Shown here piece by piece: positions 1 to 9,156 of a stretch of DNA of 64,000 nt. The translations under genes were made by a program, and so were the position numbers. Under the pieces are notes generated by a model. The model was not told the origin of the DNA. It saw only the letters and a program-made list of their open reading frames with translations, and did no database searches. The DNA is taken from IMG/VR virus record IMGVR_UViG_3300046533_001163; one strand, given 5' to 3'. The stretch comes from a virus. Lineage: Duplodnaviria > Heunggongvirae > Uroviricota > Caudoviricetes. Position 1 is the stretch's first letter, and every line of letters begins with the position of its first letter.

Positions 1-186
1 TGAAACTTAACATATTGAACCTTCGGACTACCGCGCCATGGTCTTGTTTTCTTAAAAGCCATTACGGCTTCAAGCACTTCCTTTTTATACTTGATATCGT
101 CATCAAGCACTTCCGCAACAGTTTTCGGATACGGATCTCGCCATCTGATTAATATATTTGCTATAAGGGCCAAAATCTTCTTCATG
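1..186 (-). CDS. hypothetical protein; the N-terminus is in the window and the gene runs off the left edge
   Basis: Open minus-strand frame beginning MKKILALIANIL at 186 and still open at position 1. Confidence 0.25.
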
Positions 187-622
187 ATCTAATTCCTTTA
201 ACAATTTCTGAAACATCTTTGCCGTTAAATACGCAATTCATCTTTCTAAGCTCTGCCATTGAGAGCTTAATGGCCAACCCATCATTGGATTGATTTTTAA
301 TCTGCTCATAGAAAGCATTTAAGAAGATGATAACATCATCTTTGCTCATGGTAGCTGGCAAAAATTCAGAAAGAATTTCATTCTCCTGAATTAACTTTAC
401 CTTAGTCAAGTTAGATTGACTTGCTTTCATGGTTTCTTCGTTATTGCTAATAATCTTTCTTAGGATATTCTGTCTACCTTCCTCAGTCAATGGGCTACGA
501 GATTCCACTAACTCAATTTCAGAAATAGCAACACGCAAAATATCCTTGCGGCCTTCCTGTTGTTTCTTAACGGCGGAAAGCAAGCTGGATTTAAGTCTAG
601 TATTAAGTTCGCTAGTTAGCAT
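182..622 (-). CDS. GatB/YqeY-domain protein
   Basis: 146 aa. Collinear with the YqeY pattern along its length, including the EILSEFLP motif that matches E-I-L-x-x-Y-L-P. Confidence 0.6.
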   Translation of the reverse strand: MLTSELNTRLKSSLLSAVKKQQEGRKDILRVAISEIELVESRSPLTEEGRQNILRKIISNNEETMKASQSNLTKVKLIQENEILSEFLPATMSKDDVIIFLNAFYEQIKNQSNDGLAIKLSMAELRKMNCVFNGKDVSEIVKGIRS

Positions 623-630
623 GATTTTTC

Positions 631-924
631 CTAGAATGGCATGTTCTTGATTGTTTCAATGATATCTGCTGCTTCTTTTAATTTGCCCAATTTATACTCA
701 TCAACTTTAGCCTTGAAATCCAAACGTAATGTACCAATTTTAAACTGAGCAACCTCTTCGGAAGAATGTACTAGCCATTTGCGCAATATCCAACCCTGTG
801 TTATTTTTTTCCCAGTATAGTCTATCGGAGATTGAAATACGTTAAACCCCTTTAGATTATAATAATAAAACATATGATGTTTTGTAAAACCCATCTCTTC
901 CAAGTATTTTACGTCATCTTCCAT
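631..924 (-). CDS. hypothetical protein
   Basis: 97 aa ORF with protein-like composition and no recognisable motif. Confidence 0.35.
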   Translation of the reverse strand: MEDDVKYLEEMGFTKHHMFYYYNLKGFNVFQSPIDYTGKKITQGWILRKWLVHSSEEVAQFKIGTLRLDFKAKVDEYKLGKLKEAADIIETIKNMPF

Positions 925-925
925 C

Positions 926-1492
926 TTAATTACCTGAATAGGTTCGCCATATCAACAAATCAAACTCGCTAATATTCATGCCGAATGGCACAAGTGTTAA
1001 AAACAACTGCTCAACCGCATGATATACTGCATCATTTGACGGAGTAGAACGAGGGACTTTATAACCTAAATCTGATAGATACCGCAGTAAATGTCTGTCA
1101 ATAACTGCATACCTTGCGTTTCTTCTAGTATGCAGAATAAATCCTCTACTAGATTTCTTACCTATCCCCTTTACCTGTTCTAAATCATAACAAGAACAGC
1201 TTCGTAGATCAATATCAAGATTCACTAAACCCCACAAGGTTTTAGATTTTAACCTGTAGCAACCTATCCCAAAACTTTTGAGTAAATCCGGCAGGTCATA
1301 AAACCCAAAACTTTTTATCAAACAAAAAGGCGAAAGATACCCATATTCATGACGTAAAAAAGCAAGCATCTTTTCTAAGTTAGCCGCTGCTACTCTACCA
1401 TTTTTACCAGCAGCCAAAACCCAAAAAAGCATTAACTCTTCTAATTCATAATAAGTTCGTTCATAATTTGTTATATTACTTACATCTACCAT
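926..1492 (-). CDS. HhH-GPD superfamily DNA glycosylase (Ogg2/EndoIII-like)
   Basis: Helix-hairpin-helix LEQVKGIGKKSS is followed by VIDRHLLRYL (EndoIII-like V-D-T-H with the Asp retained). About 190 aa. The ATG at 1492 follows the upstream stop. Confidence 0.45.
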   Translation of the reverse strand: MVDVSNITNYERTYYELEELMLFWVLAAGKNGRVAAANLEKMLAFLRHEYGYLSPFCLIKSFGFYDLPDLLKSFGIGCYRLKSKTLWGLVNLDIDLRSCSCYDLEQVKGIGKKSSRGFILHTRRNARYAVIDRHLLRYLSDLGYKVPRSTPSNDAVYHAVEQLFLTLVPFGMNISEFDLLIWRTYSGN

Positions 1493-1494
1493 AA

Positions 1495-1899
1495 TCACAT
1501 TGCAGGTAAAAACATCTTATACTTAATTAAAAATTGTTTGGCGTTTCTAAAATTGTGCTTCATTAATGCATATGCGCTAGTGCTAGTCCGGCAGGCCGAA
1601 TTGTTGCGCATTAAGTTGGTGTTCATATTGATCATTTTAAGAGCAGCACTTATAATAATCTGTCCAATGCGCCGTGCTTCCATCTTACTTAATGGCTCAA
1701 TGTGATGTGTGTCAAAAGACTTAAGAGAAATATTCTTATTTAACAAATTGTCATTTCTAATATCTCCATAAACCCATACGACTGTACCGCTCACCAACCT
1801 TACGCTGTCTGACAAATTATGCGCAACAAAAATTACTTTAGGCTCGGCATTATGACAAAATAGCCTGTGGTTGCTCACATGAACCTCTTTAGCAACCAT
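1495..1899 (-). CDS. hypothetical protein
   Basis: 134 aa ORF packed between neighbouring genes. Confidence 0.3.
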   Translation of the reverse strand: MVAKEVHVSNHRLFCHNAEPKVIFVAHNLSDSVRLVSGTVVWVYGDIRNDNLLNKNISLKSFDTHHIEPLSKMEARRIGQIIISAALKMINMNTNLMRNNSACRTSTSAYALMKHNFRNAKQFLIKYKMFLPAM

Positions 1900-2342
1900 A
1901 TTAGCTTTTTAAGTTGAGATAAGGCTATAGCAATATCGCCGCCATGCAAGCGATAAAAAGATGCATTCCTACTTGGCGCGGCAGGTGAAGCAATAAACAT
2001 GTGCTTCTTCTTATGTATCTTCGTTAACAAATAACGACAATGACGAACTATAAATCTTCTTAGTTGCCTGCGATCTAAATCACTCACTTTAATAACGCTT
2101 TCGCAATAAGTCTTACGACTAAAAAATAACTTTCCTTTGCGGCCTGAAATTAATTCGTCAACAGGAAATTCATCTAAAAATTTTTCAATCAGCCTTGGTA
2201 ATGGCGTTCCATCAGAATTCCATAAGGGAATAAGCGTGTATAACATACATCCATCATTTCCCTGATCAATTTTTTCTAATAAAAAAACTTCTGTGGATGC
2301 AGCCTTTAAGTTTTTTTTAACAGCCGTAAATTCAATCATCAT
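1875..2342 (-). CDS. hypothetical protein
   Basis: 155 aa ORF. Confidence 0.3.
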   Translation of the reverse strand: MMIEFTAVKKNLKAASTEVFLLEKIDQGNDGCMLYTLIPLWNSDGTPLPRLIEKFLDEFPVDELISGRKGKLFFSRKTYCESVIKVSDLDRRQLRRFIVRHCRYLLTKIHKKKHMFIASPAAPSRNASFYRLHGGDIAIALSQLKKLIWLLKRFM

Positions 2343-2745
2343 ATTGAGGGCACCTCCGCAACAACTGCATAAATCTCACAATATGCTCCGTATTTCGGAT
2401 AATACTACATATTCTTCTAATATATGGAGGCCACGACTTAGTGTCTTTCATTCTACCATCTGAAATACAACGAAAAAGACCAAGCGCCTTTATAGGCAGG
2501 CTTTCTACAAGAGGCTTAAGCAAGATGTCTATTTCCTTTATTCTATATTTAGGAATAGACTCAACCCACGCATCACTGCTAACTTCGGTAATCTCTGGCA
2601 AAGATAGCAAATTTACGTTGCTGGCAACAGTATTATAGAAATTCCAGAATATATAAGCCTTTTGCTGCTTGTTATCAACAAAGCTACAGATACAGTCGTT
2701 TAATCTGAATAAGTAGCCCACATTTTTATTCATAATGTCGGGCAT
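2332..2745 (-). CDS. hypothetical protein
   Basis: 137 aa ORF. Confidence 0.3.
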   Translation of the reverse strand: MPDIMNKNVGYLFRLNDCICSFVDNKQQKAYIFWNFYNTVASNVNLLSLPEITEVSSDAWVESIPKYRIKEIDILLKPLVESLPIKALGLFRCISDGRMKDTKSWPPYIRRICSIIRNTEHIVRFMQLLRRCPQYDD

Positions 2746-2746
2746 T

Positions 2747-3169
2747 TTATTCCTTATTATCAGCTACATTGTTTAATCTCGCTGCAAATTTTAATAATTT
2801 TACCATAACCTGAATAGCGGACTTAATTTCGCCTGGACAATACTGTATGGCATCAATAGTCGCATCATCATCCACAATTTGCTCTCTCAAAAACCTCAAG
2901 TCGCCCATATCATCCGCAAGTTTATCCAAAACTAAACCAAATACTTTTTTCCTTATATGCAAAACAACATCTTTAGGAGGGGGAACAATATTAATGATAC
3001 AAGTGACGACAGGGTGTGGCAAAGAAAGCAATGTATTCATGTTCTCTACATCGCTAACGTCCTTGTTCCATACAAATTTAGCGTTAAGCGTAGAAGTAGA
3101 CTTGGTATCTACTTGCCATAACGTATTATCCTTCCACGAAAACCTTATTCCTTCCATGATGACCCACAA
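2747..3169 (-). CDS. hypothetical protein
   Basis: 140 aa ORF. Confidence 0.3.
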   Translation of the reverse strand: MWVIMEGIRFSWKDNTLWQVDTKSTSTLNAKFVWNKDVSDVENMNTLLSLPHPVVTCIINIVPPPKDVVLHIRKKVFGLVLDKLADDMGDLRFLREQIVDDDATIDAIQYCPGEIKSAIQVMVKLLKFAARLNNVADNKE

Positions 3170-3519
3170 TCATCCATACCTTCCGTGTCCATCTGGAAAA
3201 CGTAGGCAATAATGGGTTTTGGAATAGGCGGAACTACGCCATCTGACATTATCTCTACTTCTTCTCTGGCATACATTCCAAAGTGAACGCCCTCAATGCG
3301 GTCAAGATAATTCATTAAATCGTCGTCAACTTCCCATAATTCGCCAATAATACTGGTTCCATTTCCATCATTTACAAGTGCAGGAAACGATCCAGTATTA
3401 TATAAACGATAAAATGGAGTCGTCATCGCGGATCGTAGAAACTTCGCATTCTTCAAAATATGATTACGGCAGCAGCCTTTTTTCAAAGTTCCATAGATAA
3501 ATAAGGTTGTCATTCTCAT
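3145..3519 (-). CDS. gamma-glutamyl cyclotransferase / AIG2-like fold protein
   Basis: LFIYGTLKKG...FPALV...IIGELWEVDDDLMNYLDRIEG...YAREEVEI matches the GGCT/AIG2 signature. The start MRMTT at 3519 overlaps the upstream stop as ATGA. Confidence 0.6.
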   Translation of the reverse strand: MRMTTLFIYGTLKKGCCRNHILKNAKFLRSAMTTPFYRLYNTGSFPALVNDGNGTSIIGELWEVDDDLMNYLDRIEGVHFGMYAREEVEIMSDGVVPPIPKPIIAYVFQMDTEGMDDCGSSWKE

Positions 3520-4088
3520 CTCCTGTTTGAAGTTCTTATCCACGATGAACAAACCGCACTTCTAGCATCTTCAGATACAAGAGACTTAATTAAGTTCATA
3601 TCAAGATATTTAAACTTATTGGGTTTTGAAAAGGTTGCACTTGCTAATTGTAGAAAACTTAACTCATTCATTCCAATTATAGCACAGGAATACAAATCAG
3701 ACAAGGCTAAGCGAAAATACTTATCCCTATCCATCATAGAAGAGCTAAGGCAATATGCTCTCCCGAGATAAAAATCTACATTCGTTTTGATTTTAACCCC
3801 ATTAATATGGAAATATAAGTTAGTAAATAAATTCAGCGGCCCGGAACGGCCGCACATTGACAAAAGATGTCCATAATTCCATATCTCATGGGACTTTGCC
3901 CAGTTGTTTTTCTTACAATTTATATATTGCTTAACTAAGGTATCCCAACAAGTATAGCGGTGAACTCTTTGTACTTTATCAGAAAGTAAATGCGTGCTAT
4001 TTTTACAGTACTGAAAGATAAAATCAAAAATTTTATCTTCGGTCTTAACAATAAACACATGATCGTCGAATTTAATTTTATATGCCAT
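3516..4088 (-). CDS. hypothetical protein
   Basis: 190 aa ORF. Confidence 0.35.
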   Translation of the reverse strand: MAYKIKFDDHVFIVKTEDKIFDFIFQYCKNSTHLLSDKVQRVHRYTCWDTLVKQYINCKKNNWAKSHEIWNYGHLLSMCGRSGPLNLFTNLYFHINGVKIKTNVDFYLGRAYCLSSSMMDRDKYFRLALSDLYSCAIIGMNELSFLQLASATFSKPNKFKYLDMNLIKSLVSEDARSAVCSSWIRTSNRR

Positions 4089-4119
4089 ATTAGCTCAAAA
4101 AATAAAGTAATGCGGTTAA

Positions 4120-4340
4120 TTTGCAACTACTACTAGCCGACACTTCCATCCGAAGATGTTGTCCTGCCTTGTAGCAGCCGGAGGCCACGCATCATTCTCC
4201 ACCAGTTTGTACCGACAACCGGTCGTCTCTTACGTTGCTCAAGAGATTTAACCCTCTCTTACAACGGTTGTTCTGGGACAGATGGTCTTCTGATCGCTCC
4301 CAGCGTTTTCTGGCTAACAACTAACCAGTCCGACTTAACG
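4120..4340. ncRNA. candidate structured non-coding RNA; GC-rich block in an AT-rich genome
   Basis: About 220 nt with no ORF. It is clearly more GC-rich than its flanks. It has several local inverted repeats (ctggga...tcccag; ctctt..aagag; a cttcgg-type loop on the minus strand). Confidence 0.2.
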
Positions 4341-4358
4341 GAACTAATTAAATAACGC

Positions 4359-4787
4359 TTACAAATTCGCTTTTTCTTCGTCAATTTTACGACTTAACAA
4401 ATCAATCAAGGATGAAATTTCATCCATCTTTTCAGCGCGTTTCGCTTTACGGTGTAAGGAGAGTTTACCGACAGATATTTTCTCAATCTTAACAGAAGGG
4501 GAACATCGCCTTGGGGTCAAAACATCTTTGTCCAAGAAGGCAAATACAGATACCTTACTAGCGACTTTTTTAATAACTGGCTTTAGTTTTTTCGGTTTAA
4601 TAGAAGCAATAGATGCAACAGCCTTCTTCTTTTTAACTGCTAAAACTGGAACCGCTTCTGGCCTACCTTCTCTTCGTACATTTACAACTTTATAAATTCC
4701 GCTATAAACCAACTGATGCGGATACTTACGTCGCAACCATCGGAGATAGGAGTTTCTGATTCTGACTAAATCGCCAACTTCAATCAT
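4359..4787 (-). CDS. lysine-rich hypothetical protein
   Basis: 142 aa with a KKKKAVASIASIKPKKLKPVIKK tract. Confidence 0.35.
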   Translation of the reverse strand: MIEVGDLVRIRNSYLRWLRRKYPHQLVYSGIYKVVNVRREGRPEAVPVLAVKKKKAVASIASIKPKKLKPVIKKVASKVSVFAFLDKDVLTPRRCSPSVKIEKISVGKLSLHRKAKRAEKMDEISSLIDLLSRKIDEEKANL

Positions 4788-5827
4788 ACCAGCCCTTTCT
4801 TTGATAAAACCTTTAGACCACTATCGGTAATGTGATACCTGTTTGATACCTGAACCAATGGTTTAGTATCTAAACTTGACAGTAGTAATAAGGGCATAAT
4901 ATGAACTTCCATTTCCTCTGTGCTCACGCCTACGGCACTACAAAGCGACTTCAAAGATTTTCCATGTTCCTTGTTCATAGCAAGTGCTATCATAACATCT
5001 ATCTGCTTTTTGTCAATACCGTCTTCATCAATACCTTTTCTTTTGGCGACAATTTCTACCGCATCAAGAATACCGACATTCATTCTTTTAGACGCAAATA
5101 ATGCCTGCTGACTAAAGGCAATAGCTTGTCTTGGAATTTTCGTAAGCTGTGCCACTTTCATACAAGCTGCCGCTACCCAACCAGTATTCATCGCAACAAT
5201 TTCCGCAACTTCAGACAACGTGTAGGATTCTAATCTAACAGATATAAATCTGGACTCAAACGGCAAAGGCAGTTGTCCTCGTTCCGTTGTAGCCACTACC
5301 CAATAAACGTTTTTACAGTCTAATTCCTCTCGGGCCGTCACCAGGCGAGAAGTTTTTTGCTCTAAAGCCGCCAATAATACTTCCCTCGCATGAGCCGGCA
5401 ATGAGTGAATTTCATCCATAAAAATCACCATCGGAGGAATTTCGTAATAATCCTTACCGTTCACTTTGCTAAGAGGCGTCAGTCCAAGATATTCTTCTTC
5501 TAACTTCTTGTCTATTCTATCAAATAAGTATTCAGCAGTCAATACTTCTCCTGCTTGAAGCTCTAGAAATGGCAGTTCCAGCACATCGGCAAAAAGCTTG
5601 GCGACGGTGGTCTTGCCAACGGATCTTGGGCCAGCGAGTAAAATATTCACGCCAGATGCGGCTCTATCTTCTTTGAGCAATCCGGCAAAGGCAAGATCAG
5701 ACAATGCGTCAATGGCATTATCATTGCCGATGAAGTTAGAGAAAGAACATGACGGATTATCTCTGTCAAGTAACAGTCGGATTTCGTCCGGCGACAAGGC
5801 ATCAAAGATGCGTTTGGCTTGTGTCAT
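4784..5827 (-). CDS. ruvB: RuvB-like Holliday junction AAA+ ATPase
   Basis: Collinear with RuvB. FIGND matches FIGQ. Walker A is LLAGPRSVGKTT. VIFMDEIHSL is present. Sensor region is VATTERGQLPLPFESRF. IDEDGIDKKQIDVM and the C-terminal winged-helix segment are present. Confidence 0.75.
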   Translation of the reverse strand: MTQAKRIFDALSPDEIRLLLDRDNPSCSFSNFIGNDNAIDALSDLAFAGLLKEDRAASGVNILLAGPRSVGKTTVAKLFADVLELPFLELQAGEVLTAEYLFDRIDKKLEEEYLGLTPLSKVNGKDYYEIPPMVIFMDEIHSLPAHAREVLLAALEQKTSRLVTAREELDCKNVYWVVATTERGQLPLPFESRFISVRLESYTLSEVAEIVAMNTGWVAAACMKVAQLTKIPRQAIAFSQQALFASKRMNVGILDAVEIVAKRKGIDEDGIDKKQIDVMIALAMNKEHGKSLKSLCSAVGVSTEEMEVHIMPLLLLSSLDTKPLVQVSNRYHITDSGLKVLSKKGLV

Positions 5828-5842
5828 TTATTTGCTAAATTT

Positions 5843-6646
5843 CTAGGCCACACGCTGGTGGAGCGACTGAAGCTTAGATTTCGCTTGTTTCAGAACCATG
5901 CGAACGTACCTTGGGGTACATCCACGTTGAACACTTATATCAATAACAGACTTCTTTTGCAATAGGGATTTTATGATATCCTGTTCAGCAGGCTTAAGCT
6001 GATTCAATACTTCATAATCAACATCTGCCTGAGGCTCTACCAGCTTAATAGACTTATGGCCAACTTCTCCCATCATCACCCGATTTAGCGGGAGCAGCAA
6101 AAACTTTTTGATTTTCCGATTATTCCACCCAAGCTTAGCGAATACTTCGTCTAACGTAGCTCTTCGCCCAAGTTCGTTGTCTAACACATTCTTAATTTTA
6201 TGAAAATTACGAATAGCCTGTGCAATTAATGAACTTTTAATTCTAATTGGGCTATCCTTCAATGCGGGTCCGCACACCCTTCTCTTAACACTTGTGTACA
6301 TAAAAGAAAATACAGGAACAGATAAATTTGTATAATACCACAGCACATCATACGCCTCCAGATAAGTCGCCCCAAAATCCATCCTTTTAGATCTGGTAAT
6401 AGTCTCTAAGCCGCCATAATGATTCTTAAGAAAAACATGAATATCATTTTGATTTTCTTTGATAATGGCAACATCTTGCTCAGGCAAGTCAACCTGTTGA
6501 TTGTTAAAAATAGTGTTTCGTAAGACTGATAAATCCATCCCTAATCGTCTGGCATGATTAGCCAACAATAAGTTGGCCTTGACGATTTTGGAAATGACTT
6601 CTGATTGAACTTCTGTTGATTCAGGCACCGACCATGGTGATTTCAT
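5843..6646 (-). CDS. sigma-70 family RNA polymerase sigma factor (divergent)
   Basis: Region-2-like KANLLLANHARRLG. Region 3/4-like TLDEVFAKLG and YVRMVLKQAKSKL. The start ATG at 6646 overlaps the NUDIX stop as ATGA. Confidence 0.5.
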   Translation of the reverse strand: MKSPWSVPESTEVQSEVISKIVKANLLLANHARRLGMDLSVLRNTIFNNQQVDLPEQDVAIIKENQNDIHVFLKNHYGGLETITRSKRMDFGATYLEAYDVLWYYTNLSVPVFSFMYTSVKRRVCGPALKDSPIRIKSSLIAQAIRNFHKIKNVLDNELGRRATLDEVFAKLGWNNRKIKKFLLLPLNRVMMGEVGHKSIKLVEPQADVDYEVLNQLKPAEQDIIKSLLQKKSVIDISVQRGCTPRYVRMVLKQAKSKLQSLHQRVA

Positions 6647-7020
6647 TGCTTTAACATTCCTGCTTTTTTGAGAACCAATGTGTTGTATTCTGGCCATGCG
6701 CCAGCTAACAGTTCATCTACGCTCACCCACAATGCTACGCCTTCGGAACTTGATGCTATTCTTCCAGACCATTTAGAAACTAAATACGTAGTTGTCCAGT
6801 AATCTCCGTTTTGAGAGGCATGAATCCAATCACACGCTTCAACTTTTATATTGGTTTCTTCGTAAGCTTCTCTAATAGCAGCAGTTTTAGTAGATTCAAA
6901 TCCGGTTAATTTTCCTCCGGGCAAACTGCATAACATTTGGTTCTTCGGCGAACATACAGCTAAAATCTTCCCTTCGTTAATTAAAAGAATACAGGCAGCG
7001 GAAGTATGTCCAATCATCAT
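6643..7020 (-). CDS. NUDIX hydrolase
   Basis: Nudix box LPGGKLTGFESTKTAAIREAYEETNI (GX5EX7REUXEEXGU). Confidence 0.8.
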   Translation of the reverse strand: MMIGHTSAACILLINEGKILAVCSPKNQMLCSLPGGKLTGFESTKTAAIREAYEETNIKVEACDWIHASQNGDYWTTTYLVSKWSGRIASSSEGVALWVSVDELLAGAWPEYNTLVLKKAGMLKQ

Positions 7021-7043
7021 GTATCTCTATGGATAACTAAAAA

Positions 7044-8165
7044 CTATGCAGGCATTCTAGTTGCGTGCAAGTACCCCTGGTAGCTACCGTCCATTAACTT
7101 CTCTCTTCCGCATAAACAAACAGTGATTGCCTCTCTCGGATCGTCAATATGATTTTCCTGACAATACTGAAGAGTCGGATCAATCCATTCTTCTTTCCCC
7201 TTAAATCTAATCACTTCTCTCAACAGAATTTTTCTCATAATCTCCGCAGATGGACGAGGACAATAAACTTGATTCGGGAATCTGCTGGCCAGAGCGCCGG
7301 ACATCAAACTTTTAAACAACGGCATGTCATTTACCGTAGCAAAGCATAAGAGTTTTATATTCCTATGCGAATTTTCTCTGTAATTAATTTTTCGTATTTC
7401 AGAACGATGATCCAAAAGACCCAGCAGGTATTGTAGGCTGGATTCCGGAGCCTTTTCTAGCTCTTCAATGACCAAGAGCTTTGGCTTATATTTAGAATTT
7501 AATAATGTTTTTTCAGCCCCAGCCTTAGTGGTTGACGATGCGTCCATTTTTAAAACCGCATCTTCGCCTACCATTTGTACAAGAGCATGTAGTATCTCAG
7601 TTTTTCCGCAGCCGGGAGGGCCTGCATACAAAACGTTAAACTTATTCAGTCCTCCGGATTCTTCAAACGCTACGAGCGCGGAGTGGAGTATCTGTATCTG
7701 AGCATCCCTATCATAGATATGATCGAAGTGATTCCCTAAATCAAGATTTAATTTCCCAATTTCTATCTTCCCTATACTTGCTCCGTCAGCCACCGTCAAA
7801 GGCTCTACGGTGGCACCAGAATCAACCGGCTCAACAACGGTCATCGGCGTGCCATCTTCGCTGAGAATCTCCCATCGGCCATTATTAGAACATGCGCCTA
7901 CAGCCATGCCTACCAATCGCTCAAACTGGATATCATCAACTTCCGCCCCGTTTGACTTTCTCTTTTTAAAATCTAAACGAGTCCTGTAGATGTAATTATC
8001 GCCATGGGCAAGCGGCTTAGGGGTCATCCAGCTAATGCAGGACCAGCCTTGCTTCCCTCTGTCGCCCGCAGTAGCGCGGCCAATGATACCGTTAATATTC
8101 TGTCTAATAATATCTTCATTCAAACGACGTTTGCTGACCTTATTAAGCAGAATGGTATGCGACAT
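7044..8165 (-). CDS. AAA+ ATPase with an N-terminal domain of unknown function
   Basis: Walker A YAGPPGCGKTE. Walker B LLVIEELEK. Sensor-1 FATVN. Arg-finger-like ASRF. Confidence 0.55.
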   Translation of the reverse strand: MSHTILLNKVSKRRLNEDIIRQNINGIIGRATAGDRGKQGWSCISWMTPKPLAHGDNYIYRTRLDFKKRKSNGAEVDDIQFERLVGMAVGACSNNGRWEILSEDGTPMTVVEPVDSGATVEPLTVADGASIGKIEIGKLNLDLGNHFDHIYDRDAQIQILHSALVAFEESGGLNKFNVLYAGPPGCGKTEILHALVQMVGEDAVLKMDASSTTKAGAEKTLLNSKYKPKLLVIEELEKAPESSLQYLLGLLDHRSEIRKINYRENSHRNIKLLCFATVNDMPLFKSLMSGALASRFPNQVYCPRPSAEIMRKILLREVIRFKGKEEWIDPTLQYCQENHIDDPREAITVCLCGREKLMDGSYQGYLHATRMPA

Positions 8166-8210
8166 TTGTTCCTTTTCGGTTTGGGAAGTGGTCCTTATGG
8201 ATAACTATTT

Positions 8211-8570
8211 TCAACCTTCACCGCCGATATCAGTCAAAAACACATTCAGCAGGCACTTGGTATGAGTGTATCGGTAAGAGTGGTATCCGAACACCCAATC
8301 CTGAAGCGGGCCAAAATCCTTCGGCGTTCGGGGCTTGAAATTAAAAACAAGATTCGCCAAATGGTAATAAATTGCTCCACATTCTCTCGCAAGACGAACG
8401 TGGCCAGTCCCATAATCCTTTGGATTTGCCAGTAAATCATCATTCTCTTCCTTGAGAGCAACCAAGAGTTCGTCAAGATAAGAATAAATTTTTTGCCATT
8501 CCGTAACATGAGACTGGAGGCAGTCTTCAAGTATCGTCTCAATTTTGGCTACGAGGTCGTTTGAGTTCAT
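8211..8570 (-). CDS. hypothetical protein
   Basis: 119 aa. I preferred it over the overlapping same-strand alternative frame 8246..8542. Confidence 0.3.
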   Translation of the reverse strand: MNSNDLVAKIETILEDCLQSHVTEWQKIYSYLDELLVALKEENDDLLANPKDYGTGHVRLARECGAIYYHLANLVFNFKPRTPKDFGPLQDWVFGYHSYRYTHTKCLLNVFLTDIGGEG

Positions 8571-8622
8571 TTTGTGCCTCCAAAGTTGGTGATTCCCCGA
8601 ATATATAAACTATAACCACGTA

Positions 8623-8847
8623 ATGGAGATAAGTCAAGTGAAAGCATTTGAAGAATTTTTGAACGATAAAGGTGAGAGTCTAGAAGAAGTCAAGAAGTGG
8701 CTGCAAAAAGCTATCGATCCCAAGCACGCCGGTTTTTGTACTCCTATGACAAAAGATACCTGCACGCCAAGACGCAAGGCTTTAGCAAAACGCTTTAAGA
8801 GCGGCGACATTCATGAAGACAACTTGAAGAAAGACGAAAAGAAGTAA
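8623..8847 (+). CDS. hypothetical protein
   Basis: 74 aa plus-strand ORF in a short plus-strand island. Confidence 0.3.
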   Translation: MEISQVKAFEEFLNDKGESLEEVKKWLQKAIDPKHAGFCTPMTKDTCTPRRKALAKRFKSGDIHEDNLKKDEKK

Positions 8848-8966
8848 TGGCGGAACCAGTGGTAATAAGTGTGTCTAGCTATATTTTCATGACTGGCGTT
8901 ACTGCACTATTCGTCTTTGCGCTTATCCACGACACTTTCTTTGGAGAGCCGTGGGGCTGGAAGTAA
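8847..8966 (+). CDS. small hydrophobic protein (39 aa)
   Basis: ATG at 8847 overlaps the preceding stop. MAEPVVISVSSYIFMTGVTALFVFALI is a transmembrane-like segment. Confidence 0.2.
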   Translation: MAEPVVISVSSYIFMTGVTALFVFALIHDTFFGEPWGWK

Positions 8967-8967
8967 C

Positions 8968-9135
8968 TTAGGATCGGCAAGAAAAGAAAAATAGGAAAAT
9001 AGCCGATGCCCAAAATGTCAGACTAATTAAAACAACCGCCCAACTGTTCCGATTCAAAAGTCCAAGAATGCCGGTTGTGGCAGGCAGCTTATCTTCAAAA
9101 GAGCCTTGCTTCATATCGTCCAATGAAAATGGCAT
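8968..9135 (-). CDS. small membrane protein (55 aa)
   Basis: Hand-translated: MPFSLDDMKQ...WAVVLISLTFWASAIFLFFFSCRS. The TAGTTATCCAT motif lies 13 nt upstream. Confidence 0.25.
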   Translation of the reverse strand: MPFSLDDMKQGSFEDKLPATTGILGLLNRNSWAVVLISLTFWASAIFLFFFSCRS

Positions 9136-9156
9136 GTTTATCTTTCTAATGGATAA

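Noticed and set aside
4100-4358. Possible tRNA, tmRNA or RNase P in the GC-rich block.
   Set aside because: No T-loop GTTCRANYC, no tmRNA termini and no RNase P GGAAAGTCC-type motifs were found. It is kept only as a generic structured-RNA candidate.
8246-8542. 98-aa minus-strand ORF in an alternative frame.
   Set aside because: It overlaps 8211..8570 on the same strand. The 119-aa frame has more protein-like composition, while the alternative is Arg/Leu-rich.
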